DNA from: a virus
Length of the DNA stretch: 64,000 bases
Direction: 5' to 3' (one strand)
Virus record (IMG/VR): IMGVR_UViG_3300045974_000760
Location: 64,001 to 128,000 of that record
In this document: in pieces, positions 10,301 to 18,866 of the stretch
Layout of the letters: the number at the start of each line of letters is the position of its first letter
Numbering within the stretch: position 1 is the first letter of the stretch
Made by a program: the position numbers and the translations under genes
The notes under the pieces: generated by a model
Databases searched by the model: none
The model's input: only the letters and a program-made list of their open reading frames with translations
What the model was told of the DNA's origin: nothing

Positions 10301-10952
10301 TGATGACGAGGAGCGGGGCTTTGCGCGGGACCAAGCAATCGGCTCCGTCACCCCTGAAGAGATGACGGAGCTGTTGGGCGGGCAGATACAAGACCGTCTC
10401 AATGCGCATCTCGGCGGGATGTTCAACACCCTGGAGGGACGACAACGTGTTGCAGCAGCCGCCGCAGATCTCATTCGCAACGAGCTTCGCCGCCCTTCAG
10501 CACTTCGCGACTTGATTCCTCCCCAGCAGATACCGCCTGCGACGTCCGAGCCTGGCTACGTCGTGAGCCGCCCCGTCCCGTACATGCCGCGCCCTCGCAC
10601 CCGCCCAGCATGCGGCGGGCTGTGCCTACACCTGGGCCGCATGGCGGGCCCACACAAGAGCTCCCTACCCTCACTCGAGCTCGACATGATCATCAACCTG
10701 CGCGGGCTGCGGGATGAGAACTACGACTTCGCGCATCGCGCAGACCCGGTTACCGAAGGCATAAGCCCAGTGTCGGTGCTGCCTGAGATAGCTGCCCTAC
10801 GCGCGTACCGCCAAGAGCACACGGTCCATGGGTCGATGAGCGAGGCACCGCCTACCCACCTCTACACCGCGGCGTACAGCAAAGCGAACGCGCTACACAT
10901 CCGCGAAGACGACCACTGGTACAAGGGGAAACTAGATGACCACGATGATTGA
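10287..10952 (+). CDS. Hypothetical protein carrying a variant of the LG(R/E)L...DIDxII motif
   Basis: LHLGRMAG...LELDMIINLR. Confidence 0.6.
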   Translation: MTQADDDEERGFARDQAIGSVTPEEMTELLGGQIQDRLNAHLGGMFNTLEGRQRVAAAAADLIRNELRRPSALRDLIPPQQIPPATSEPGYVVSRPVPYMPRPRTRPACGGLCLHLGRMAGPHKSSLPSLELDMIINLRGLRDENYDFAHRADPVTEGISPVSVLPEIAALRAYRQEHTVHGSMSEAPPTHLYTAAYSKANALHIREDDHWYKGKLDDHDD

Positions 10953-11559
10953 AGTCTCGCTCAAGTCCCTCACCCGCATCTTGCTCAGCGCGCGTCGCGC
11001 AAAGAGGCGGGTGAAGAGCATCACTGCCGACTACAACCAGGGCGAAGACGCGCTGGCCGAGCTGCGCATGCATTACGACGATGCAATCGCGAGCAACACC
11101 AAGCTCCACAGGGAGCTCCTAGAGCTCAAGCAGGGGCAAGACAAGCGAGAGGGTGAGTCGCGCTACCAAGAGGCACTGCGGGCGTACGAGAGGCTCCAAG
11201 CCTCACATCAAGCGCTCCAGTGCGAGCATGAAGCCGTGCAACGCGCCAACGCGGCGCTGAACACACTCGCACAGAACGACAAGAAGGCGATAGAGCGCAT
11301 CGCCGATGAGCTCACGACGTGCATGTCCAATAGCTCATCTCGCTACGACGCATACAAGCACGCCACCAAGCGGGCCGAGGAAGCAGAGCGCGTGTTGCGT
11401 GATGCGGCCACCGCCGCGTGCAAGTTCAACATGAATGAACCCGCCATCCGAAACACTCTCTACAACCTCCTCCGCCCCTGGCTCCCCAAAGCCCACCAGC
11501 CAGTACCTGCAGCGGTTGAAACCCAAGACGCCCCCAAGGTAGAGGAATCCGACGAATGA
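10936..11559 (+). CDS. Coiled-coil protein
   Basis: Heptad-rich A/E/L/Q/R sequence. Confidence 0.65.
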   Translation: MTTMIEVSLKSLTRILLSARRAKRRVKSITADYNQGEDALAELRMHYDDAIASNTKLHRELLELKQGQDKREGESRYQEALRAYERLQASHQALQCEHEAVQRANAALNTLAQNDKKAIERIADELTTCMSNSSSRYDAYKHATKRAEEAERVLRDAATAACKFNMNEPAIRNTLYNLLRPWLPKAHQPVPAAVETQDAPKVEESDE

Positions 11560-12491
11560 TTTTCAGCAACTACGGCACCAGCTGGCTCAACTTCCAGCTG
11601 TGGAAAACACACAACGACCTCTGCCAGCTACCATCGGTGTACGGCAATAGCCCCGCAGAACTCGAGGAGTACGTTGTCGAAGAGCGGCTGCTGCTGAAGG
11701 AGCGCGCCAAGTGGCTCCACGCAGCACTCGCCCGCCCCGCATGGACCCACTTCGCGTCCGCCCTCCTCCTCAAGGCGGCGCAGGCGGTCGAGTATCAGTC
11801 GTGAACGGCCCACTCGAGTACCTACGTATGAAGCTCCAGGAAGACATCACCGCCTTCCATCAGCGCGGCGGCATGCTGTCCGACTGGCCGGGCTACTACG
11901 ATGAGCCGGAAGAAGACGATGAGGGCAAAGAGTATTGGGTACGCGAGCAAGTAGCCACCATCGCTGACTTCAGCTCTCGCATGCCCGGGTTCATGCAGCT
12001 GCCCAAGGGCTACATGTTCAAGCCCGCCGCCACCCTCATCACGTGCGGCTTGCCTGACAAGCTCCTTACCGAGCCCAACAACGTGCAGAGGTACTTCGCC
12101 GTTATGCGCGAGGCGGGTAATCGATATGGTCTCACCGAAGAGCAGCTCAGTGTGCTGAGCGCGGGCTTCTGCGGCTTCGGGGACAGCAGCACGGTGCAGT
12201 CCGAGCACTACTCCCAGCTCGGTAAGGAGCTGCGTGAGTGGACCGCTCAACGCTTCGGCTTTCTCGTAGGCGGGGTAAGCCCGGAGTACTTCCCACCGGA
12301 GACATCTCATGCGTGAGCTAGCTGAGGCCGGTCTCGTGGCGGTCATCGCCTTCCTGTTCTTCATCTACGTCGTACTCGGGCGACGCAGCGAGGACATGGT
12401 TACGTGCAACAAGATGTGCACCCCAGCCGGCGTACAAACCTACAGCTTCTGGGCGGGCCAGTGCGTTTGCAGAGAGGTCAAACCCCCATGA
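11556..12491 (+). other. Small hypothetical CDSs (11556-11804, 11801-12316, 12309-12491; the last is a TM + Cys peptide)
   Basis: Coupled ORFs. Confidence 0.55.
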
Positions 12492-12967
12492 CCAAGACCC
12501 TGTCTACGTCAGCCTTCGCAACCATCCCGGCCAATGGGGGCGGGCACCGCATCATCGCAGGTGTGACCCCGCTCACGGCGAAGCAGCAAGCGATACTCGA
12601 TGTCGCTTGGACCTATTGGCACGAGCACGGCGAGCTCGTCTCAGTACGCAAGCTGACCGCACTGCTCGGGCTCACGGCAACACAAGGCACGACCGACCAC
12701 ATCCGGGCCATCGAGAGGCGCGGCATCTACTTCCCGCGTGTGGGTCATCCAGTGCCACACACCGATGACCCCGTCACAGACACCGTGGAGGTGGAGCGCC
12801 TCCGCTCGCTCTACTGGATGCACATGTTCGAAGCGAGCACGGGCAGGGCGGTTGGGTCAGACCGCAGCACCCATCGAGCCACCGCCGAGGAGTGCTTCCG
12901 AAGGCTGAAGAAGCTCGACAAAGACCTCGTCAGCAGACCCCTAGAACCAGAGGAGAAGAACGAATGA
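12488..12967 (+). CDS. LexA DNA-binding-domain-like protein (no peptidase domain)
   Basis: LTAKQQAILD...VSVRKLTALLGL...HIRAIERRG. Confidence 0.65.
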   Translation: MTKTLSTSAFATIPANGGGHRIIAGVTPLTAKQQAILDVAWTYWHEHGELVSVRKLTALLGLTATQGTTDHIRAIERRGIYFPRVGHPVPHTDDPVTDTVEVERLRSLYWMHMFEASTGRAVGSDRSTHRATAEECFRRLKKLDKDLVSRPLEPEEKNE

Positions 12968-13323
12968 GCAAGGTTGAATACGTCATCACCGAAGCCGTCA
13001 CAGCCTACGGATACATACCAGAGCCTATGCCTCCCCCAGAGGGTAACTGGAAGCTGCTTGGTCCACCCGCCGTCTTCGGCCCCAGCACCAATCCCCGCTT
13101 CATCTTCTACTGGGAGAGCATCCCTGAGAAGAAGGAAGAGGTGAGCGCGGATGAGGTAGTGGCGACCACGGCCAAGCTCGTCTCAGCCATCAGGTTCGGC
13201 ATCAATCACATCATCAAGCGCGTCGAGGAGGCACCGAGCCCGGAGAGGGCTAAGGGGGATGCTATTGCGGGCCTTCGCGGCCTCCTCACCGCCATCGACA
13301 AGATGCTTCAAGTGGGGACGTAA
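12964..13323 (+). CDS. Hypothetical protein
   Basis: ATGA coupling. Confidence 0.6.
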   Translation: MSKVEYVITEAVTAYGYIPEPMPPPEGNWKLLGPPAVFGPSTNPRFIFYWESIPEKKEEVSADEVVATTAKLVSAIRFGINHIIKRVEEAPSPERAKGDAIAGLRGLLTAIDKMLQVGT

Positions 13324-13401
13324 TCCACAACCAGACAGGGGATAAGAAGGGTGGCGCAGAAGTACGCGTCACCCTTCTTCATTCAACAAGGAGAACAAGA
13401 C

Positions 13402-14013
13402 ATGAGCTCAGGTGCTCGTAGAGCGCTGCTCAAGACACTCAGGGCAGAGTGGGCGGGCAGCAAAGAGGGACGTCAATACCGACGTACAGAGCGCAGTGAC
13501 ATGCTCGCCGCGCGTAAGGAAGTGAGGTACCGCTATAGCGAACGTGCAGAACGAATGCTCTCCATCGTCAGCAGCATGTCTCCGAAGAGGCGGGAGGAGG
13601 CACTGCGCGTGTACAACGCATACGCCATGCGAAGGAAGTACGTGCCCCGCTGCTTCGAGGTGTACGGAACTGGGCGCGTCCGGCTAACGTCCGTACAAGG
13701 CGCGCGCAATAGTGCTCTGGCACTCGCGGAGCTAGTTGCGGGCCGTCTCAACGAGATGCTTCTCATTGAGGATGCAGCCTACGTCTTCGCCATGCTCATC
13801 GAGCAGCGTGTGCCGGTGAGAGACCCATTCGTGCAGCACCCGACGCTGCAGTGCATCGAAACAAGCAACGACTTCTACGAGCTCGGTGTGCTCGGCCTGC
13901 TCAACGGCATCATCGGTGTGCGGGCAGATTCAACGGGCTACCTCGCGGCGGATTACAATGACGCGGGCGAGCTCACCAAGTTCATCGTACGGGAGGAAGA
14001 GAACAAGACATGA
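13402..14013 (+). CDS. Hypothetical protein
   Basis: AAGGAG SD downstream of GGGATAAG motif. Confidence 0.65.
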   Translation: MSSGARRALLKTLRAEWAGSKEGRQYRRTERSDMLAARKEVRYRYSERAERMLSIVSSMSPKRREEALRVYNAYAMRRKYVPRCFEVYGTGRVRLTSVQGARNSALALAELVAGRLNEMLLIEDAAYVFAMLIEQRVPVRDPFVQHPTLQCIETSNDFYELGVLGLLNGIIGVRADSTGYLAADYNDAGELTKFIVREEENKT

Positions 14014-14843
14014 GTGAACTAGACAAGTACACGCAGGTATCAGAGGAGGAACCGGACTACAACAAGCTCGCGATGGGCAGCAATGCCCTCATCGCACACC
14101 GGCTTGTGGCAGGCACCCACTGGTTCGGGTTGGTCATGTACGACGGGACCTACCACCCCATCATGAAAGCGGCGCCCATCCCAGAGCTCGGCTGGGTACT
14201 CGACTACCCCCTTAACTCGTCCGTGTGGCGGCAAGACCAATCGCGCGCCTTCAACACGCCCAACTGCGTGGAGATACTTCAGAAGGTTCAGGACAGCTGG
14301 TTCCGAGCAACGAACGGGCAGAAGATTGTGTGGCTCAAGACGTCTCGTCAACTGGCCCTCAAGCTCGACAGTATGGCCATCAAGAGCGTCGAGCACTTCC
14401 TTGTGCCTGACCAGGAGTCGCCAGTGCGCGGCATCGGTAGAGAGACAGTGGTGCTGGATGATGCCAACCACTTCCTGCAGGCCGCGCCCCGCGTATTGCC
14501 TGCTTGGGGCCCGGCCAAGCTCACCCCGCATCGCGCCTTCCCAACGGGCACCACCAAGCCCGCAGACAAGCCATGCCACGAGCCGGGTGGCTACAAGCCG
14601 TGGATGCCCAACTTCCTCAAGGAGTTCGAGCTCTTCCTCACCCTCCTCCCCCGCCTCAAGCTGGTGCACGACGTCATTCGCAAGACGGGTGATGGGCTCC
14701 TACTCGATGTACGGGATGGTGAATACGAGTTCCACACGCAGGTATTCGAGCGTGAGGCCAAGGACCACGTCCTTGTGTTCCGTGCGCTGCGCGAGGACTA
14801 CGGTGACTGGTGCGCAGCACAAGCCAACGCACGCAAGAAGTAG
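14010..14843 (+). CDS. Hypothetical protein
   Basis: 277-aa ORF ending TAG before a terminator. Confidence 0.65.
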   Translation: MSELDKYTQVSEEEPDYNKLAMGSNALIAHRLVAGTHWFGLVMYDGTYHPIMKAAPIPELGWVLDYPLNSSVWRQDQSRAFNTPNCVEILQKVQDSWFRATNGQKIVWLKTSRQLALKLDSMAIKSVEHFLVPDQESPVRGIGRETVVLDDANHFLQAAPRVLPAWGPAKLTPHRAFPTGTTKPADKPCHEPGGYKPWMPNFLKEFELFLTLLPRLKLVHDVIRKTGDGLLLDVRDGEYEFHTQVFEREAKDHVLVFRALREDYGDWCAAQANARKK

Positions 14844-14881
14844 CTAGAAAAGAGCGGTGTACACGCCCGCTCTTTTCTAGC
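14843..14881. terminator. Bidirectional intrinsic terminator
   Basis: gctagaaaagagcgg...ccgctcttttctagc inverted repeat. Confidence 0.7.
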
Positions 14882-14951
14882 CCCGTGCCTGAATAACACG
14901 CGCGTTTCGGGGATAAGAAACGCGAACCCCACACTACACGCGAGGCACAAC

Positions 14952-15746
14952 ATGATTGTTACCGTCACACGCAAGCAGCTGGTTGATGTCGAGGCATGCG
15001 AAGCCTCGATGGACTTCTTCGACAGCATTGCGTTTACGTCAGGTCGGGGCCCCGACTTCAACTACGTCATCGTCGACACGCGCGACACATTGCTCATGGT
15101 GTGGTTCTACTCCTACTACCACGAGTGGGCTCAGTTCGCGGTTCGGCATGGGCTACTGCCCTACTTCGGCCTACGCAATCAGGTCGTGACCAAGCTCGAG
15201 ACTCAGTACCTGCGTGCAGAGCGAGCGGTAATCAGCGAGTCAGTCCTTGTGGACTGGAACGTTATTGACACCAACTTTGAGGGCGCGATGTTCGATCGCG
15301 TCGACATCAAAGACAGTGAGCTGAGCGGGATGCACATGCCAGGCATGGATATCCGCTTCTCGAACCTACGCCGTGTGATGTGGGGCTACGTGAACTTGTC
15401 CGACGGGTGCGTGTACCAATCCAACTTCTACAAAGTGAACATGCATCACGCGCGGTTTAGCGACACCCTCTTCTGGGGGTGCAGGTTCGACAATGTCGAC
15501 TTGTCGAGCGCGCATGGAGGCAAGGTCCGCTTCCGCAACTGCGCGTTCAAAGATACGAAGCTCGCCAACATCGACCTGCGCACGGCAACGTTCGAGGAAT
15601 GTGTCTTCTACGGGGAGGAGATGGACCTCTCCCTCACCATGGTCAATCCCGCCACCTTCCCGTATGTCAAAGGCTGGACGGTCAGCCCCGAGGGAGTGAT
15701 GCTGCGGGAGCCTGCACCACCTCCCGGTACAACTGCCGATGTCTGA
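14952..15746 (+). CDS. Pentapeptide-repeat protein
   Basis: TNFEG AMFDR...ARFSD TLFWG CRFDN VDLSS repeats. Confidence 0.85.
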   Translation: MIVTVTRKQLVDVEACEASMDFFDSIAFTSGRGPDFNYVIVDTRDTLLMVWFYSYYHEWAQFAVRHGLLPYFGLRNQVVTKLETQYLRAERAVISESVLVDWNVIDTNFEGAMFDRVDIKDSELSGMHMPGMDIRFSNLRRVMWGYVNLSDGCVYQSNFYKVNMHHARFSDTLFWGCRFDNVDLSSAHGGKVRFRNCAFKDTKLANIDLRTATFEECVFYGEEMDLSLTMVNPATFPYVKGWTVSPEGVMLREPAPPPGTTADV

Positions 15747-16170
15747 TAACTACGTGAGCATGTGGGGCACGCTCAACTGGCGTACCCCCTTCAGCAACCC
15801 CAAGGTGCATGTCGTAGTAGACGTGGACCCCGAGCTCGCTGCATACGCGCGCACGTTCATCCCACCGTCAGAGCGTATCAACGTCCCTCGCTACCCCGCC
15901 CACATCACGGCAATGCGCGGGGAGGGGACACACAAGCACCACAGACGGTTGCTCGAGAAGGTACGGGGCATGGTCATCCCATTCGAGTGCGGGAAGATGT
16001 CGGAGCTCAGGCACGACAACGTGTACTGGTGGCTGCCCGTCTACTCGCCCGCGCTTCTGATGTTGCGCAAGCTGCTCGACTTGCCCGAATACACCGAGCT
16101 CACGAAACCACCTGATGGTGCGGAGATGTTTCACATCACCGTCGGCAACACGAAAGGTTGGGCACCATGA
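15739..16170 (+). CDS. 2H phosphoesterase superfamily protein
   Basis: Two HxT motifs: AHITAMR and FHITVGN. Confidence 0.75.
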   Translation: MSDNYVSMWGTLNWRTPFSNPKVHVVVDVDPELAAYARTFIPPSERINVPRYPAHITAMRGEGTHKHHRRLLEKVRGMVIPFECGKMSELRHDNVYWWLPVYSPALLMLRKLLDLPEYTELTKPPDGAEMFHITVGNTKGWAP

Positions 16171-16949
16171 CGCACACCATCACTCTCACCACTACCGAGC
16201 TGCGGGATGCACGTGCTTGTCCCGCCGGTCTTCGCGCATTCCAAAAGCTCATCGGCAAGGGTAAGCGCTCCATCTCTTTCAATCCCGCTGACCCGCTCAT
16301 CGCCCTCTGGTCGCGCTGCGTCTATGGCCAGTACGTTCACTGGCTCGAGCGCGATAAGCACATGCCGCCTCTAGCCCTCCGCAGTACCCTCATCCAGAAC
16401 GCGGAGCTCCGCGACCTCACCGCGGTCGGCAGCCAATGGTCGCTCGTCAACATTCGTAAATCCAACATCTTCCACGCCACCTTCAACGCGGCGCTCTTCG
16501 ACACCTCCTCCATCAGTCACTCAGACCTATTTGGGTCGCGCTTCAACAACGCGACTTTTCTGAGCTGCAATCTCTTCAATCTGACGCTCACTCAAACGTA
16601 CTTTGGGCACACGCGCTTCAGCCAATGCAGCTTCAGCGATTTGTCGACCAGGCTCGCCTCCTTTCACGGCGCGGTCTTCACAGATTGCACCTTCACAGAT
16701 TGCGACCTCAGTGATGGCAACTTCAAGTACGCCATCTTTCGCGGCTGTCGCTTCGATCGGTGCAAGTTCTCAGGTGCGCATCTAGGCAAAGCCATCCTCT
16801 CCGATGGCTTCTACTCCAACACAGATCTGGGTGGGGCACTCCGCTTCAAAGAAGACCCTCCCCTCCCCGGGTACCGCACCAAGAAGTACAAGCCCGTCCC
16901 GGATTACGTTGTGCTGGAGTCGAGGTACAAGAAGCCGACGAGGGAGTGA
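16167..16949 (+). CDS. Pentapeptide-repeat protein
   Basis: ASFHG AVFTD CTFTD CDLSD GNFKY AIFRG repeats; N-terminus shares ACxxxxxF with 14952. Confidence 0.85.
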   Translation: MTHTITLTTTELRDARACPAGLRAFQKLIGKGKRSISFNPADPLIALWSRCVYGQYVHWLERDKHMPPLALRSTLIQNAELRDLTAVGSQWSLVNIRKSNIFHATFNAALFDTSSISHSDLFGSRFNNATFLSCNLFNLTLTQTYFGHTRFSQCSFSDLSTRLASFHGAVFTDCTFTDCDLSDGNFKYAIFRGCRFDRCKFSGAHLGKAILSDGFYSNTDLGGALRFKEDPPLPGYRTKKYKPVPDYVVLESRYKKPTRE

Positions 16950-17052
16950 TGTAGAAGGCGGGCCCATCAAAGGCCCTTTCTTCTAGCCCTGAATCTACAT
17001 CCTCTTCTCGGCATAAGAAGGTTGACCCCCAACCCTACGCACGGAGACTCAC

Positions 17053-17517
17053 ATGCCCAACGAAATCATCCACCTCGTCGGTTACGAACAGAAGCGCCCC
17101 TACGCCCTCAGCGACAATGGCTTCACCGTCACCGGGCCTACACAGACAACGCTATACCTGCTCTGCAAACAACACCGCCTCACCGTGCAAGTGACCGCGG
17201 ACATGTCCAGCGAGGACGTGATTGCGTTCTTGCGCGAGTCAGTACCTCTCGATGAGGTGCACACCACCGTCCTCGAGCGCCTCACTGTTGCTGCGCGTTA
17301 CATCGATGAGAAGCTGCGCAAGACCGTGAACTGGTACAGCGGCTACGACATCGATGCCCGCCTCGAGGCACTCACCTTTCGCGCGGCCCTGACCGAGCCC
17401 CCATTCAACGAGAAGAGGCGGGAAGCCCTCGCCGACCTCATCGACACCATTCAAACGGGCAGGTCATACGTCGCCCCGTACATCATCGAGAACACGATGT
17501 CGGTGAGGTCGGGCTGA
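17053..17517 (+). CDS. Hypothetical protein
   Basis: GGAG SD after promoter motif. Confidence 0.65.
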   Translation: MPNEIIHLVGYEQKRPYALSDNGFTVTGPTQTTLYLLCKQHRLTVQVTADMSSEDVIAFLRESVPLDEVHTTVLERLTVAARYIDEKLRKTVNWYSGYDIDARLEALTFRAALTEPPFNEKRREALADLIDTIQTGRSYVAPYIIENTMSVRSG

Positions 17518-17906
17518 TGCCTACGCACAAGGACGTGTACCTCGGCGACGGCTACATGCTGCACACGTACGAGGACGGCAACGCTCGCATTCGCAGGGAG
17601 TCCGAGCACCTCATGGGCGGCACCCGCTTCAATCAGGTCCAGCTACAGAAGCTGGTCGACGGGCTCATTGAGTCGGGCGTTGTTGTGGCCCCCGCAGACA
17701 AGCTCGCGCAGTTCCTCGAGCGATGCGACGGGCGCATCAAGAGTGTGCGCCGCCACCTCCCCGAGGATGAGGAGGCGGGCATCTACGTTGTGATGCACGA
17801 GACTACCTTCTGCACCAAGACCGCAAGCAGGGTGCAGGAGTACGCCGAAGAGGTGTTCGGGGTTGATGTGAGAGTGTGGATTGAGAAGGAAGTACGAAGT
17901 GAGTGA
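17517..17906 (+). CDS. Hypothetical protein (putative paralog of 20935 and 22987)
   Basis: Similar length and central LVDGLIESGVVVAP motif. Confidence 0.6.
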   Translation: MPTHKDVYLGDGYMLHTYEDGNARIRRESEHLMGGTRFNQVQLQKLVDGLIESGVVVAPADKLAQFLERCDGRIKSVRRHLPEDEEAGIYVVMHETTFCTKTASRVQEYAEEVFGVDVRVWIEKEVRSE

Positions 17907-18111
17907 GCTGAGGCGCGTCGTGGTGTTCAATCTCACTCTCCCCTCAACGCCGGGGAAGGTGAGTGCCTCAGTCTTTCGGTGTGAGTGCAAGAAGGGGGTG
18001 ATGTTCGATGTCACCTCCAAGCTCGCTGAAGCAATGGGCGTCCTGCATCACGAGTGCGACATCTGTCACATGCGCGTTGTAACCAAACTACGTAGGGGAG
18101 AAGAGAAATGA
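17899..18111 (+). CDS. Small Zn-ribbon-like protein
   Basis: CECKK...CDIC. Confidence 0.5.
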   Translation: MSELRRVVVFNLTLPSTPGKVSASVFRCECKKGVMFDVTSKLAEAMGVLHHECDICHMRVVTKLRRGEEK

Positions 18112-18866
18112 TTGGACCTGGAACATACGCGGTGATTCGAACCATCGGTGCGGGTGTACACGTGGGCGAGATTGTGGATTGGGACGTCAGCAACTCCACC
18201 GTCGTGTACCTGAAGAACTGCCGGCGCGTACACAAGTGGAGCAGCGCCGCTTCCCCGCACATCCACACGCTCAACGAAATGGCAGTGCGCGGGTTGAACA
18301 AGAGCGACAGCCGGGTGACTGCCCCCATCCCGAACTACACCCTTCTGACCGCAACTCAAATCCTGCCGATGTCCAACCTGGCCATCAGCTCGTTCGAGGA
18401 GGTGGGCTGGGAAGGGGACATGTACAAGCTGCCCTTCGAGGCTCAACCCAAGGCCCCGCCCGAGGGCATAGTCGCCCATGAAGGTGTCACCTGCCTCATA
18501 CGCACCTACGGTGCGGGCGTCTCCCTCGGTGAGGTGGATGCCTGGGACCCCCGCTACCCTGGCGTTGTGCACCTCCGCAACGCACGGCAGGTGTGGCAGT
18601 GGGACAACGCCGTGGCCGGGCCTGATGGACAGGTGTACGTCATCCACAGCATCTCTGAGGCAGCTGCTGTGGGCCCAGGCACAAGCGGCCGGGTCAGCGA
18701 GTACGTCGAGGAGGAGACGATAACGTCAGCCCTCGAAATCATCCCCATCTCTGCCTACGCGCTGCAGCAGTACGCCGCGCAAGGCTGGGAAGCCCCCTAC
18801 AACGGTCGCCTTCCAGTGGGCGAAGAGCCGCCACAGAGGCTACATGCTGACGATGAGTACGCTTAG
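18108..18866 (+). CDS. Tandem two-domain Sm-like (DUF6948-like) protein
   Basis: Internal duplication IRTIGAGVHVGE...LKNCRRVHKW / IRTYGAGVSLGE...LRNARQVWQW; family name from memory. Confidence 0.65.
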   Translation: MIGPGTYAVIRTIGAGVHVGEIVDWDVSNSTVVYLKNCRRVHKWSSAASPHIHTLNEMAVRGLNKSDSRVTAPIPNYTLLTATQILPMSNLAISSFEEVGWEGDMYKLPFEAQPKAPPEGIVAHEGVTCLIRTYGAGVSLGEVDAWDPRYPGVVHLRNARQVWQWDNAVAGPDGQVYVIHSISEAAAVGPGTSGRVSEYVEEETITSALEIIPISAYALQQYAAQGWEAPYNGRLPVGEEPPQRLHADDEYA

